NCBI GenBank assembly: GCA_963727775.1
Contig: CAVSHB010000003.1
Location: 256,001-320,000, forward strand
Direction: 5' to 3'
Source of the DNA: an uncultured Nitrospiraceae bacterium
GTDB taxonomy: Bacteria; Nitrospirota; Thermodesulfovibrionia; Thermodesulfovibrionales; SM23-35
Length of the DNA stretch: 64,000 nucleotides
Made by a program: the position numbers and the translations under genes. Positions 39,369 through 49,761 of this stretch are shown in pieces. The first letter of the stretch is position 1, and each line of letters begins with the position of its first letter. The notes below the pieces were generated by a model that was not told the origin of the DNA, searched no databases, and was given only the letters and a program-made list of their open reading frames with translations.

Positions 39369-39719
39369 TCAATCCCTAAACTGTTCCTTCAGCCTCCTGA
39401 ATCTCGATTCGTAAATGAGCTCGTATAGGTCAATTTTATCCGGGAACAGTTCTGAAATTCTTTCCTTGAGTTTCTGCTTTTCTATTTCGATATCTATCAT
39501 CGGATAGTCACTGCCAACGATCAGGGAAGCGATCCGGTCGGCCATGGCCCTTATCTCCCTGACCTTCCTGTCTTCAGATCTCCGCGCAAAAATCGCCTTA
39601 TCCGTCATTTGCTCATGTTTAAACGTAACTGTATTTCCGCAGACACACATCAAGGACCTGCCAAATTCAAAAAGGGTAACATCATAATCTCTGCCGCAAT
39701 ATGAACACCGGACAGCCAT
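39369..39719 (-). CDS. Hypothetical protein with N-terminal Zn-ribbon-like motif
   Basis: CSYC...CVCG; C-terminal FPDKIDLYELIYESRFRRL. Confidence 0.7.
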   Translation of the reverse strand: MAVRCSYCGRDYDVTLFEFGRSLMCVCGNTVTFKHEQMTDKAIFARRSEDRKVREIRAMADRIASLIVGSDYPMIDIEIEKQKLKERISELFPDKIDLYELIYESRFRRLKEQFRD

Positions 39720-39903
39720 ATACCTAATAAAGCTTTACCTTTGTAATTAAATTATACTGGAAACCTCCGGGGGATCAAGCGTGTCAGGACGAAGGGATTA
39801 AACCGACTAAAAAAATGTATTTGAGAGAAATATGCATAAAAATTGGTATTATATTGTGCATTGACCTTTTTATTTTAAAATCCATTTATGACAGGGTGTT
39901 AAC

Positions 39904-40800
39904 ATGAAGATACTGCTACCTACAGACGGCTCTGAATATTCTGAGACTGCGGCAAAATTTCTCAAAAAACTCAATTTGTCGAGTAACGACGAAATCATCA
40001 TCCTTCACGTTATAAGCGAAGACCCTTTTGAAGATGATAAGGATCATTATTACGCAAAGATTAAAGAGATCAAACAATCAATTGCACCTAAAATACTCGA
40101 CTTGACTATGAATATTCTGAAATCGCTCCCTACAAAAATGAATACAGCTTTGATGAATGGTTATCCGGACAAATGTATAGTCGAGGCGGCGGTTGCTTCT
40201 AATGCTGACATAATCGCCATGGGCCCCAAAAGACTAAAGGGCATTAAATCACGTATCGTCGGAAGTATAACAAAGTCTGTGTCTATCATGTCTCCGAAAC
40301 CGGTACTTGTTATCAAACCTCCTCAGGGAGAATCATCAAATAAAATTAAAATACTCTTTACAACTGACGGATCTGATCATGCAAAGAAAGCAGGAGAAAT
40401 CCTGTCTTTAATGCCGTTTCATGATGATACGGAAATAACAATTCTGCATGTGATCACTCCAGCTTTTTACGACGTTCCTGATAAATTTATGTCAAAAATA
40501 GACACGAGCTTCAGAGAAGATCTAAAAAGATACAGTTCTTTAGAATTACAGGAATCCCAAAGAATTATTGCACAAGCCTCTGAATATTTAAATAATAAAT
40601 TCTCAAATATCGACAAACTAACAAAAATTGGTGAACCTTCAGATGAGATCTTACAGACTGCAAATGAATTGAATGCAGACATGATTGTAGTCGGCAGCAA
40701 GGGCATGGGTGGTTTTAGGGGTATAGTAGGCAGCATATCCAGATACATCCTCAGCGTTGCTGAATGCTCTGTCCTTATCGGAAAGACGGAGCGGTTTTAA
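39904..40800 (+). CDS. Universal stress protein (tandem USP)
   Basis: Two KIL(L/F)xTDGS domains, GSKG, GSIS. Confidence 0.9.
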   Translation: MKILLPTDGSEYSETAAKFLKKLNLSSNDEIIILHVISEDPFEDDKDHYYAKIKEIKQSIAPKILDLTMNILKSLPTKMNTALMNGYPDKCIVEAAVASNADIIAMGPKRLKGIKSRIVGSITKSVSIMSPKPVLVIKPPQGESSNKIKILFTTDGSDHAKKAGEILSLMPFHDDTEITILHVITPAFYDVPDKFMSKIDTSFREDLKRYSSLELQESQRIIAQASEYLNNKFSNIDKLTKIGEPSDEILQTANELNADMIVVGSKGMGGFRGIVGSISRYILSVAECSVLIGKTERF

Positions 40801-41136
40801 TAACAAATCCTGAATTGTCATAAATTGCTGGAAATATTCGCATGGGCAAAGATAGGTCGCGCAGCGCATTGGCCGATTTGAAATAAAAAAGTGGCGGTTG
40901 CTTCCCCTCAAATCTCGGCAGATTGTGCATCTTGTGACATACAGCTTAAGACTCTTACGTCTAACACCTTACGTCCTGCGACTTTACAACCTTAATGCCG
41001 AATTGAGAGGAGCAAGACCACCACTTTTGGTAAGCCCACTCTTCTTGATTAATTTATACTCCAATTTAGAGTGGTTGTCAAGCTTTTTTTTAACAGCGTC
41101 ACAAAATCTGAAAAATCAATTTATGTTGTCAGCGCT

Positions 41137-41658
41137 CTACGAGACGATTTTTTCCATTTTAAAGTCATCCATGATAAAACCGTTGCCTATATCCTGAACA
41201 ACAGGGCCAATATTTTTGAATCCCATTTTCTCATACGCTTTTATTGATTTCATATTGTTTTTGTTTACGGTGAGAGAAATTTTCCGGAGATGAAGCGTAG
41301 AAGCAAGATTCTCAAGAAACCGTATCGCTTTTTTGCCGAACCCTTTACCGCGCCGGGAGGCTTCTACATAAATTTTACTCAGAAACAATTCCTCTCCTCT
41401 TGGTTGCACCGCCATATACCCGATGTATTTTCCCTTTGCTTCCACCAAAAAATACCGATACCCTTCAGTCTTTATTTGAGCGGCTATCGCTTCGTCCGAC
41501 TGAAACTCGCCGAGCATGTATTCAACCTGATCTCGGCCGATGATCGGGGTGTAGTGTTCAGTCCAGATTTCTCTGGCAAGCATTGCGACACTATTAATCT
41601 GTTGCTGACTTATCACTTCAATAAACATACTTCTATTTTTACTGAAATCCTTTTTCAC
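41137..41658 (-). CDS. GNAT acetyltransferase
   Basis: LSKIYV..RGKGFG, LTVNKNN, YEKMGF. Confidence 0.88.
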   Translation of the reverse strand: MKKDFSKNRSMFIEVISQQQINSVAMLAREIWTEHYTPIIGRDQVEYMLGEFQSDEAIAAQIKTEGYRYFLVEAKGKYIGYMAVQPRGEELFLSKIYVEASRRGKGFGKKAIRFLENLASTLHLRKISLTVNKNNMKSIKAYEKMGFKNIGPVVQDIGNGFIMDDFKMEKIVS

Positions 41659-41680
41659 TGCAACCAGAACAGCGACTTTT

Positions 41681-42871
41681 TTATGTTTGTTCTGTGCTTC
41701 TCAACATTACTCCGGTCAGAAACAGAAAAGCCATTGACACAAGTACGAGAGAGGCCGCGATAAAAGAATATCCCATGCCGAACTGTGAAGCAACGATTCC
41801 GGCAACAATAGGACCTGTCGTATGCCCGACATCCATGATCGAGCCGAGAGTCCCCATTGCCGAACCCCTTGTGCTCTGCCTGCTCAAATCCGCGATCAAC
41901 GCGGAAGTGGCGGATGTAACTATCGAGAGGCAGAGACCGAAAGATACGCTTAGGAGGAGAAATGCCATAAATGTTTTGAAGAGAAAGAAACTGCCGATAC
42001 AGACGGAACCGATAATTGAGCCTGCAAATATCTGCGGTTTTCTCCCGTGCCTGTCCGAAAACTTTCCCATGACGGGCTTTGTGAGGGCGAGGGTAATTAT
42101 CTGCGATGAGAGAAATATACCGATTTCATAAGCTGACAAGCCGATCTTTATCGAATAGAGTGGAAGAAAGGTCTCAAAAATGCCGTACGCAAAAAGGACC
42201 GATGCTTCAACGATGCATGTTAGCAGGATGTTCTTATCAGAAAGAACAGCTTTCAATGATGCGATTGTTCTTTCGTCTTTCGGTTCGCTTCTCATTTCCT
42301 CAGCCGGATCCGGCAAGGTGATTACCAGCAGCAGAGTCAGAACACCTGCAGTCCCGCAGACGAGATAGACGACTTTAAAGCTGAGAAACGGATTGAATGC
42401 CATTGCTCCCAAGATGGCGCCGCCGATAATAGGCGCCATAAATCGTCCGGCAAGGGTCGATGTCGAAAACCACCCCATCTTCTCTCCCCTTTGCTCCCGG
42501 AAGATATCAGCCACCAAAGCCATAGCAACGGGTATGAAAATGGCTGTTGCAAAGCCATGGTAGAATCTTATCAGAGCGAGTTGCCACAACGCAGTCACAA
42601 AGAGATAGAGAAACGGGGCAGTGGAAAAGACAATGGCCGAGAATACCAAAATTCTCTTGCGTCCTAACCTATCGGATAATATTCCCGCCGGGATGCTGGC
42701 AATGATACCTGTAAAAGCAGATACTCCAGCTATTAATCCAACCAACGCGGGACTTGCTCCGAGATACGAAGTGAACAATGGTAGAACAGGACTTTTTGAG
42801 ATCGTTGAGCTGAATATGGCAAACAATCCTGAAGTACAGAGCAGGATAAACGGACTGATTTTCAATGGCAT
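41681..42871 (-). CDS. MFS transporter
   Basis: GILSDRLGRK and GKFSDRHGRK motif A. Confidence 0.92.
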   Translation of the reverse strand: MPLKISPFILLCTSGLFAIFSSTISKSPVLPLFTSYLGASPALVGLIAGVSAFTGIIASIPAGILSDRLGRKRILVFSAIVFSTAPFLYLFVTALWQLALIRFYHGFATAIFIPVAMALVADIFREQRGEKMGWFSTSTLAGRFMAPIIGGAILGAMAFNPFLSFKVVYLVCGTAGVLTLLLVITLPDPAEEMRSEPKDERTIASLKAVLSDKNILLTCIVEASVLFAYGIFETFLPLYSIKIGLSAYEIGIFLSSQIITLALTKPVMGKFSDRHGRKPQIFAGSIIGSVCIGSFFLFKTFMAFLLLSVSFGLCLSIVTSATSALIADLSRQSTRGSAMGTLGSIMDVGHTTGPIVAGIVASQFGMGYSFIAASLVLVSMAFLFLTGVMLRSTEQT

Positions 42872-42997
42872 AGTATCAATATAGCAATATTGTGCTTATT
42901 TATCTAACGGATAGAACCCTTTCCCTTTTCATAAATTCTTATTTGTTGACATTAAGATTGTTTTTTTATATCCTAACTTTCGGGGTTAAAAACAATA

Positions 42998-43615
42998 ATG
43001 AAGATTTTCCCAAAAGAAACCGACTTCTTTTTGATTTTCGATAAAGCTGCTGCAAATGTCACACATGCGGCCACTCTCCTGGTGGGCATAATGGAGCACT
43101 TTTCCAATTTGGAAGCCTGGGCCAAAGAAGTACACGAACTGGAACAGGAAGGTGATGTATTTACCCATGATATCATAAGAAAATTGAACAAAACTTTCGT
43201 CACTCCTATAGACAGGGAAGATATTCATGCGCTCGCTTCTTCATTAGATGATATTCTGGATCTTATATGGGGCGCTGCCGACAGGCTCATTGTGTTCAAA
43301 TTGAAAGAATCTACAAAATGGGCGATCACAATGTCAAAAGACCTTCTGACCACTGTGGAATTGGTTGAGAAGGCAATAAAGAAAATGAGAGAAAAGAATT
43401 ATCCCCATATCCAGGAATATTGTATCGAGATCAATAAACTCGAAAACAGGATAGACAGGGGGTTCAGAGACGCATTGGGACATCTGTTTGAAGAAATGAA
43501 AGACCCTATCCTCATTATTAAATGGAAAGAAATTTACGAACACCTCGAAAATGCCTCTGACAAGTGTGAGGATGTTGCCAATATACTGGAAGCTATAGTC
43601 CTCAAAAATGCCTGA
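42998..43615 (+). CDS. DUF47 Pit accessory protein
   Basis: LNKTFVTPIDREDIHALASSLDD; upstream of pit. Confidence 0.9.
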   Translation: MKIFPKETDFFLIFDKAAANVTHAATLLVGIMEHFSNLEAWAKEVHELEQEGDVFTHDIIRKLNKTFVTPIDREDIHALASSLDDILDLIWGAADRLIVFKLKESTKWAITMSKDLLTTVELVEKAIKKMREKNYPHIQEYCIEINKLENRIDRGFRDALGHLFEEMKDPILIIKWKEIYEHLENASDKCEDVANILEAIVLKNA

Positions 43616-44603
43616 GACTTTTTTATTACTCCTCTGTGTCATAGTCCTCGCACTGATCTTTGATTTTATAAACGGTTTTCACGATACGGCAAACGCTATA
43701 GCCACTTCTGTATCAACAAGGGTTTTAACGCCTAAAGTGGCTGTATTCATGGCTGCAATATTAAATATGGTCGGCGCGTTGTCAGGCACCGCAGTAGCAA
43801 AAACAGTAGGGGCAGGACTTGTGCAGGCTGCGTCGGTAACGCAGGTGACTGTTATTTCCGCTCTGCTTGCCGCTATAGTCTGGGATTTGATTACATGGTA
43901 TTTCGGGCTTCCAACCTCATCAAGCCATGCCGTACTTTCAGGGATAGTAGGCGCCGCAATTGCCACGTCGGGATTTAGCGTTATTATTTCAAAAGGGGTT
44001 TATAAGGTTTTCCTCGGGCTGGTTCTTTCCCCTCTTATTGGATTTATCCTGAGTATTTTTTTAATGTCATTCCTAATGTGGTTATTCAGGCGATCTACGC
44101 CGACACTGGTCAGTAGTCTTTTTGGACGGCTTCAGATCGTATCAGCCGCTTACATGGCCTTTAGCCATGGCAGCAACGACGCACAGAAAACCATGGGTAT
44201 AATAACAATGGCCCTCATCAGTTATTATCATCTTCCTGATTTCCATGTCCCTCTGTGGGTCATCTTGCTTTGCGCTACGGCAATGGCATGCGGTACAGCT
44301 GTAGGGGGCTGGCGGATAATAAAGACCCTCGGCGTTAAGCTTGTTCAGCTGCGGCCCATCCACGGTTTTGCTGCCGAGACTGCGGCGGCTACTGTTATTG
44401 AGGTTGCCTCAAGAATCGGTCTTCCACTGTCGACTACCCATGTAATCTCATCCACAATAATGGGCGTAGGCGCGTCAAAAAGGTTTTCAGCAGTGAGATG
44501 GGGAATTGGAGGGAATATCGTCGTTGCATGGGTCCTTACGATTCCTGCATGTGTAATTCTCTCATGGGTTATCTGCAAGGCGCTGCATCTGTTTATTAGA
44601 TAG
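43608..44603 (+). CDS. pit: Inorganic phosphate transporter
   Basis: NGFHDTANAIAT, PTSSSHA, HGSNDAQK, PLSTTH. Confidence 0.92.
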   Translation: MPETFLLLLCVIVLALIFDFINGFHDTANAIATSVSTRVLTPKVAVFMAAILNMVGALSGTAVAKTVGAGLVQAASVTQVTVISALLAAIVWDLITWYFGLPTSSSHAVLSGIVGAAIATSGFSVIISKGVYKVFLGLVLSPLIGFILSIFLMSFLMWLFRRSTPTLVSSLFGRLQIVSAAYMAFSHGSNDAQKTMGIITMALISYYHLPDFHVPLWVILLCATAMACGTAVGGWRIIKTLGVKLVQLRPIHGFAAETAAATVIEVASRIGLPLSTTHVISSTIMGVGASKRFSAVRWGIGGNIVVAWVLTIPACVILSWVICKALHLFIR

Positions 44604-45684
44604 GGTTTGACTGCAATAAATCTCTTAGAGTATTTTCGGTCACTCCTTTGTGTATCCTCACTTGCCCGATCTTTTCAGGAAAGATGAATTTCATCTCACC
44701 GGCAACCGCTTTTTTGTCGAGCCGCATGGAGAGGAGAATACTTTGCGCGTCCATATCCGCAGGTATTTCTGATGGGAGCCCGTATGAGTCGATTACAGCC
44801 TTAATCCTGGAAACCTGGTCCTTATCAATAAGGCCGAGCATCTGAGAGAGCCTGGCCTCAAGGAACATTCCTATTGCAACGGCCTCTCCGTGAAGAAATC
44901 TTTTATAGCCTGAAACCGTCTCAACTGCATGTCCAATTGTATGCCCGTAATTCAATATGGCCCTTAATCCCGACTCCCTTTCATCTTTAGAAACAACGTC
45001 CGCCTTTATCTCACATGACCGTTTGATTATATAGGTAATCGCCCAGCTATTGAGGTCCAGTATTTTATCTTTATCCGCTTCAATAAAATCAAACAATTCT
45101 CCATCATAAATAACTCCGTATTTAATCACTTCCGCAATCCCGGCCAACAGTTCCTTTTTCGGAAGGGTTTTCAAAGTCTCTACGTCGATCCAGACAAGTC
45201 GCGGCTGCCAGAAGGTGCCTATCATGTTCTTTCCCAGTTTATGGTTCACGCCGGTCTTGCCTCCGACAGAACTATCCACTTGGGCGAGCAATGTTGTGGG
45301 TATCTGAATACAGGAGATCCCTCTCATATATGTAGACGCGGCGAATCCTGTTATATCGCCTATAACACCTCCGCCCAGCGCGATCAGCGCTGACGACCTG
45401 TCAAGTTTAATCCTGAGAAGTTCGTCATATATATGCTGCACCCAGAGAAGGTCTTTGTATTCCTCGCCATCCGGGATGGTTATAGTGGATAATTCAAACC
45501 CTGCCTTTTTTACAGAATCCGATACACGATCGCCATACAGTGAAAAAACAGTCGGGTTACTGACGATCGCAATCCTGGGGCTCAGGTCAAACAGTTTGAG
45601 CTTCTCCCCTATCCCTTCAAGGATATTGTTTCCGATAGAAATATTGTAGCTTCTCTCAGCAAGATCGACCCTTATCTTTTCCAT
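44596..45684 (-). CDS. aroB: 3-dehydroquinate synthase
   Basis: GGGVIGD, PTTLLAQVDSSVGGKTG, LNYGHTIGHA. Confidence 0.96.
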   Translation of the reverse strand: MEKIRVDLAERSYNISIGNNILEGIGEKLKLFDLSPRIAIVSNPTVFSLYGDRVSDSVKKAGFELSTITIPDGEEYKDLLWVQHIYDELLRIKLDRSSALIALGGGVIGDITGFAASTYMRGISCIQIPTTLLAQVDSSVGGKTGVNHKLGKNMIGTFWQPRLVWIDVETLKTLPKKELLAGIAEVIKYGVIYDGELFDFIEADKDKILDLNSWAITYIIKRSCEIKADVVSKDERESGLRAILNYGHTIGHAVETVSGYKRFLHGEAVAIGMFLEARLSQMLGLIDKDQVSRIKAVIDSYGLPSEIPADMDAQSILLSMRLDKKAVAGEMKFIFPEKIGQVRIHKGVTENTLRDLLQSNPI

Positions 45685-45731
45685 TTTTTCCTTAAATCTG
45701 TATTTTTAATATCTAAATCCTGAAGTCCAAT

Positions 45732-46241
45732 TTATCCCGACTTCCGAATTTTTTCTACTATTTCCTTCGCTATCCGGAGAGGGGTTTTGTCTTCCGTGTC
45801 AATCATTATATCCGCTTTTTCATAAAAAGGTTTTCTTAAATTCAAAAGTTCGTTTATCTTTGCCAACGGGTTTGCGACCTGAAGCAAAGGCCTATCGCTG
45901 TTATTGCCTGTCCTTTGGAGTATTGTTTCGGGTGTCGCCATAAGACATATAATTATGCCGGTTTTCTTCAGGAGACCGATATTTTCCTGTTTCATTACCG
46001 CGCCTCCGCCGGTAGAAATTATAATGTTCTCATTATTAGTCACCTTTTTTATCATTTCTGTTTCTATTTCCCTGAACTTTTTTTCGCCGGACTGCTTGAA
46101 TATCTCATTAATTGTCGTCTGCTCAGCTTTTTCTATCTCGGAGTCCAGATCTATCAGCCTCATGTCGAGGAGTCGGGCAAGCTCTTTGCCGACCGCGGTC
46201 TTGCCGGCCCCCATAAAGCCTGTAAGGACAATATTCTTCAT
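45732..46241 (-). CDS. aroK: Shikimate kinase
   Basis: GFMGAGKT, FREIE, STGGG, RPLL. Confidence 0.95.
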   Translation of the reverse strand: MKNIVLTGFMGAGKTAVGKELARLLDMRLIDLDSEIEKAEQTTINEIFKQSGEKKFREIETEMIKKVTNNENIIISTGGGAVMKQENIGLLKKTGIIICLMATPETILQRTGNNSDRPLLQVANPLAKINELLNLRKPFYEKADIMIDTEDKTPLRIAKEIVEKIRKSG

Positions 46242-46298
46242 AGCTGAAGATATTGTATTTTTTTACAGGGGCATAGGTCAATCTGTTATATTGTTATT

Positions 46299-47402
46299 AT
46301 GAAAAAGGTTTTGGTAGGCATGAGCGGAGGGGTGGACTCTTCTGTAACGGCATATCTTCTGAAGAAACAGGGATATGAAGTCGAAGGGCTTTCCTTTATA
46401 ATGTGGGAACCTCAAACAGGTCCATTCGCAGAAGCATGTTGTTCCCTCCGGGCGATAGAGGATGTAGCGGATACCGCCCGTCATATTGGGATACCCCACA
46501 GTGTAATCGATGTCCGGAAAGAGTTTATGGAAAAAGTCGTGAAACCTTTCGTAAACGCATATGTTTCGGGCATGACCCCCAATCCGTGTATCATGTGCAA
46601 TAAGTTTATCAAGTTTCCTTTTCTCCTGACAAAGGCCGAAAGCGAAGGCGCTCATTATATTGCGACAGGGCATTATGCAAAGATCGACACAAAGTTTTTT
46701 TTAAAGAAAGGTATCGATCCTAAAAAAGACCAGTCGTATGTCTTATATGTTTTGAAAGAGGATGCGCTGAAAAGACTTATATTGCCACTGGGAGATTACA
46801 GGAAGAACGACGTCAGAAAAATGGCAAGGGAACTCGGACTTCCGGCGGCGAACAGATCCGAAAGCCAGGAGATATGTTTTATCGAGGAAAGAAATTATTC
46901 CGGCTTCATCGAGAAATTTTCCGGTATTACCGCGAAACCGGGGCCGATTGTTGATTCAAGCGGAAAGGCGATAGGAAAGCATAAAGGGATTTACGGATAT
47001 ACCATCGGCCAGAGAAAGGGTATGGGCATATCATCTCCGGAACCCCTTTATGTTGCGGATATCGATATATTGAAGAATACAATATGTGCGGGAGATCGCA
47101 AGTCGGCAAGAAAAAGAGAATTATTGGTCGAGGACCTAAACTGGATTATGCCCCCTCCCTCTAAATCATTCAGTGCCTCTGTGAAGGTACGTTCCACAAT
47201 GAGGGACGAACCAGCAGCTATATCCTTGCAGATAAATCCCTTCTTACCCCATTCTGCTAAGGCAAAGGAGGTGGAATTACCAGACGAAAGTGTCCATGTG
47301 GTTTTTGATGAGCCTCAGTGGGCGCCTGCGCCCGGACAGAGCGCTGTGTTTTACGACCGGGACCTGGTTATCGGCGGAGGGACAATTAAAAAATCATTTT
47401 AA
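46299..47402 (+). CDS. mnmA: tRNA 2-thiouridylase
   Basis: MSGGVDSS, TPNPCIMCN, ATGHYA, KDQSY, ESQEICF, PGQSAVFY. Confidence 0.96.
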   Translation: MKKVLVGMSGGVDSSVTAYLLKKQGYEVEGLSFIMWEPQTGPFAEACCSLRAIEDVADTARHIGIPHSVIDVRKEFMEKVVKPFVNAYVSGMTPNPCIMCNKFIKFPFLLTKAESEGAHYIATGHYAKIDTKFFLKKGIDPKKDQSYVLYVLKEDALKRLILPLGDYRKNDVRKMARELGLPAANRSESQEICFIEERNYSGFIEKFSGITAKPGPIVDSSGKAIGKHKGIYGYTIGQRKGMGISSPEPLYVADIDILKNTICAGDRKSARKRELLVEDLNWIMPPPSKSFSASVKVRSTMRDEPAAISLQINPFLPHSAKAKEVELPDESVHVVFDEPQWAPAPGQSAVFYDRDLVIGGGTIKKSF

Positions 47403-48264
47403 GCGCATCACGCGCTATCTCTACCGTTGCCGGAGTCATGCCAAGGTAATCACCATCTATCTGGATGTGTGCTCTGCCGAGTATTTCCATATGCTCTGCT
47501 TTTATATAAACGACATCTTTATACTCCAGATGTCTTCCCATTGTTACGCCAAAGGCATATCGCAGGATATCGAGACTTTTCCTGCCCTTAAAAATACAGG
47601 CGTAAAGGTTCGGATCGGTGATTTTTGCATCCGGTGTGATAATGAAATTTCCTCCGTATTTTGCCGCATTCGCTATGATTGCAGAATATCCTGAATAGGG
47701 CTTGCCGTCAACATTGAAGGTCAACTCATCCGGCTTAAACCGGCAGAGAGTTTTTATTCCGCTGAAGATGTATGCTCCCTTGCCTGAAATTTTTTTGAGA
47801 CCTTCATTTATCCCAAAGACCGCCTCGCCGTCAAAACCAATCCCGGCCATAAGAACAAAATAACGGGGGTTATGATCATCTCTCAGGGTTATCTTTCCGA
47901 GAGAGACTGTTTTCGGAACGGACCTTACCGCGACGGTCATTGCTCCCCGTACATCATCAGGAATACCAAGTTCTTTGGCGAGCACATTTGTGGTGCCCAT
48001 GGGCAGTATTGCCACCGGGGTATCTGTGCCGGCGACACCGTTTATCACTTCATTTATTGTGCCGTCTCCGCCGGCAGCGACAATGAAATATGGAGAACCG
48101 CTTATCGCATTTTTGGCGAGGTTCTCTGCATCCCCCTTTTTCTCAGTGAAAAGCACTTCTACTTTGTATCCCTTTGATTGCAGGAAGTACGAAGCCACGG
48201 CCGTTCTTTTGTCGGACGCGTGCTTTGCGACGGGATTATTGATAAGGACGATTAGGGATTTCAT
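47386..48264 (-). CDS. Diacylglycerol kinase family lipid kinase
   Basis: NNPVA, AGGDGTINEV, PMGTTNVLA, QIDGD. Confidence 0.9.
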   Translation of the reverse strand: MKSLIVLINNPVAKHASDKRTAVASYFLQSKGYKVEVLFTEKKGDAENLAKNAISGSPYFIVAAGGDGTINEVINGVAGTDTPVAILPMGTTNVLAKELGIPDDVRGAMTVAVRSVPKTVSLGKITLRDDHNPRYFVLMAGIGFDGEAVFGINEGLKKISGKGAYIFSGIKTLCRFKPDELTFNVDGKPYSGYSAIIANAAKYGGNFIITPDAKITDPNLYACIFKGRKSLDILRYAFGVTMGRHLEYKDVVYIKAEHMEILGRAHIQIDGDYLGMTPATVEIARDALKMIF

Positions 48265-48275
48265 CAGCTCCGATA

Positions 48276-49067
48276 TTAACCTTTGCTCAGTGTAATTTTT
48301 CCGATTATTGCAGGTACCTTTTCAAGATAATTTATCAGCTCTTGAACATCAGTACCTTCTTTAACAAAAAATGCCCTTCCACCACTTTTGCTTTTTTGGC
48401 GTTTGATATTCGGGATCCTCAGATATCCTAATTCTTTAGATGCCACATAGCCGGTTATGTAGTCCGGATCATCGGATATACATAATTCAGCCGATACTGC
48501 GGGATAAGCCGCGACTTTTGATGCAAGGATAATGGCCTCTTTAACGGTATCAGTATTGATCCCGGACCGTGAAAGTTTCGATGACAAAGACCTTAAGGCG
48601 GTTTTTTTGATACCGAGCCTTGACACTCTTACTCCTCTTTCCTTATCAGGCTCAAGACGTCTTCCTTTCTTCGCCGTGATAATAGCTGCGCCTCTCATGG
48701 CGCCTTTCTTAATCAGCTCAAAGGCAGTGCCGACGGCTTTTTTCGATATACCTAATGATTGAAGGAGTGTGTTTGCTATTTCCAACCCTTCAGACGGTGA
48801 CCGGCAATCGATTGTACTTACGGGCAGGGCGGAGATTTCCTCAGGACTTTGCTTTATATCTTCAATTGTGAGTATGATTATATCGGCTTTCCCTTTCGGG
48901 TGGCGCAATGCCCTTTCAATATAACTCTTGACCGTCCGCTGAATATCCGACGCTTCATAAAGCCCCTCGGCGCCGGAAATATGTATTTCTTTTTGACTTC
49001 TGACAGTCTTCGATGCCCTCATCCTTATGCTCCATAAATTCTTCATACAGGAGTGATTATACTCCAA
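48276..49067 (-). CDS. bioW: 6-carboxyhexanoate-CoA ligase (start may be 49046)
   Basis: SIRMRAS, HISGAE, MRGAA, RGVRVS, ELCISDDPDYITGYVA. Confidence 0.9.
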   Translation of the reverse strand: MEYNHSCMKNLWSIRMRASKTVRSQKEIHISGAEGLYEASDIQRTVKSYIERALRHPKGKADIIILTIEDIKQSPEEISALPVSTIDCRSPSEGLEIANTLLQSLGISKKAVGTAFELIKKGAMRGAAIITAKKGRRLEPDKERGVRVSRLGIKKTALRSLSSKLSRSGINTDTVKEAIILASKVAAYPAVSAELCISDDPDYITGYVASKELGYLRIPNIKRQKSKSGGRAFFVKEGTDVQELINYLEKVPAIIGKITLSKG

Positions 49068-49156
49068 AACTTCAATTAGAAGAATGTGGATATCGCGATA
49101 CAGATAGCCGTTGACGAGTGATAGATCTACAGAAAAGCTGCGAGAATAGAAAAAAA

Positions 49157-49423
49157 TTAATCAAACAACGATGACAATGTCTCTGTCTGTTCCTCAATGT
49201 GTTTTGCCAGCTCATCCTGTTCACTCCGGAGTTTGAAGAGTTCGTCTGCGACATCCAGCGCAACAAGAATAGTTGCCTTTACGGGGGTGATATTCGGAGA
49301 TGCATTGTAGACTTCTTTTAATTTTTTATCGACAAAAGCGGCAAGCTCCCTTATATACTCCTCGGGTTCCTCTCCCTTTATCGTATATTTCTGGCCAAGG
49401 ATGTAGACCTCGGTGATACCCAT
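49157..49423 (-). CDS. zapA: Cell division protein ZapA
   Basis: VYILGQKYTI..YIRELAAFVDKK..ALDVADE. Confidence 0.88.
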   Translation of the reverse strand: MGITEVYILGQKYTIKGEEPEEYIRELAAFVDKKLKEVYNASPNITPVKATILVALDVADELFKLRSEQDELAKHIEEQTETLSSLFD

Positions 49424-49427
49424 ATCT

Positions 49428-49727
49428 TTAATCTAATTCGAGGGTTTCAAGCTCATTAAGGAGAGTTTCAAGCTGGCTTTTTATCACGTTTTTTTCCGTC
49501 CTGAGCTGTTCGACTTCCTGATTTTTTTCATCCAGTAATCTTTCAAGCTCCTTTATCTGTCTCTCAGTAACCGACTTTTCTTCCTTAAGGGTCTTGACCC
49601 TCTCAATTGCTATGGTGATTTTATCTTCAAGGCTCTTGAATTTTTCCAATGGTATAGCCTCCTTTTTTAAGTCTTTTGGTTGTTCCATAAGTTGGTCGTC
49701 GTCAAAGAGGGTCTTCTTCAAAACCAT
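49428..49727 (-). CDS. zapB: ZapB-like coiled-coil protein
   Basis: All coiled coil, directly upstream of zapA. Confidence 0.65.
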   Translation of the reverse strand: MVLKKTLFDDDQLMEQPKDLKKEAIPLEKFKSLEDKITIAIERVKTLKEEKSVTERQIKELERLLDEKNQEVEQLRTEKNVIKSQLETLLNELETLELD

Positions 49728-49761
49728 CGTTCCTAAAATAACAGAATATTTATGTTAAAGT

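Noticed and set aside
49068..49156. 6S RNA expected downstream of zapA
   Set aside because: Only 89 bp are available and there is no long rod-like complementarity
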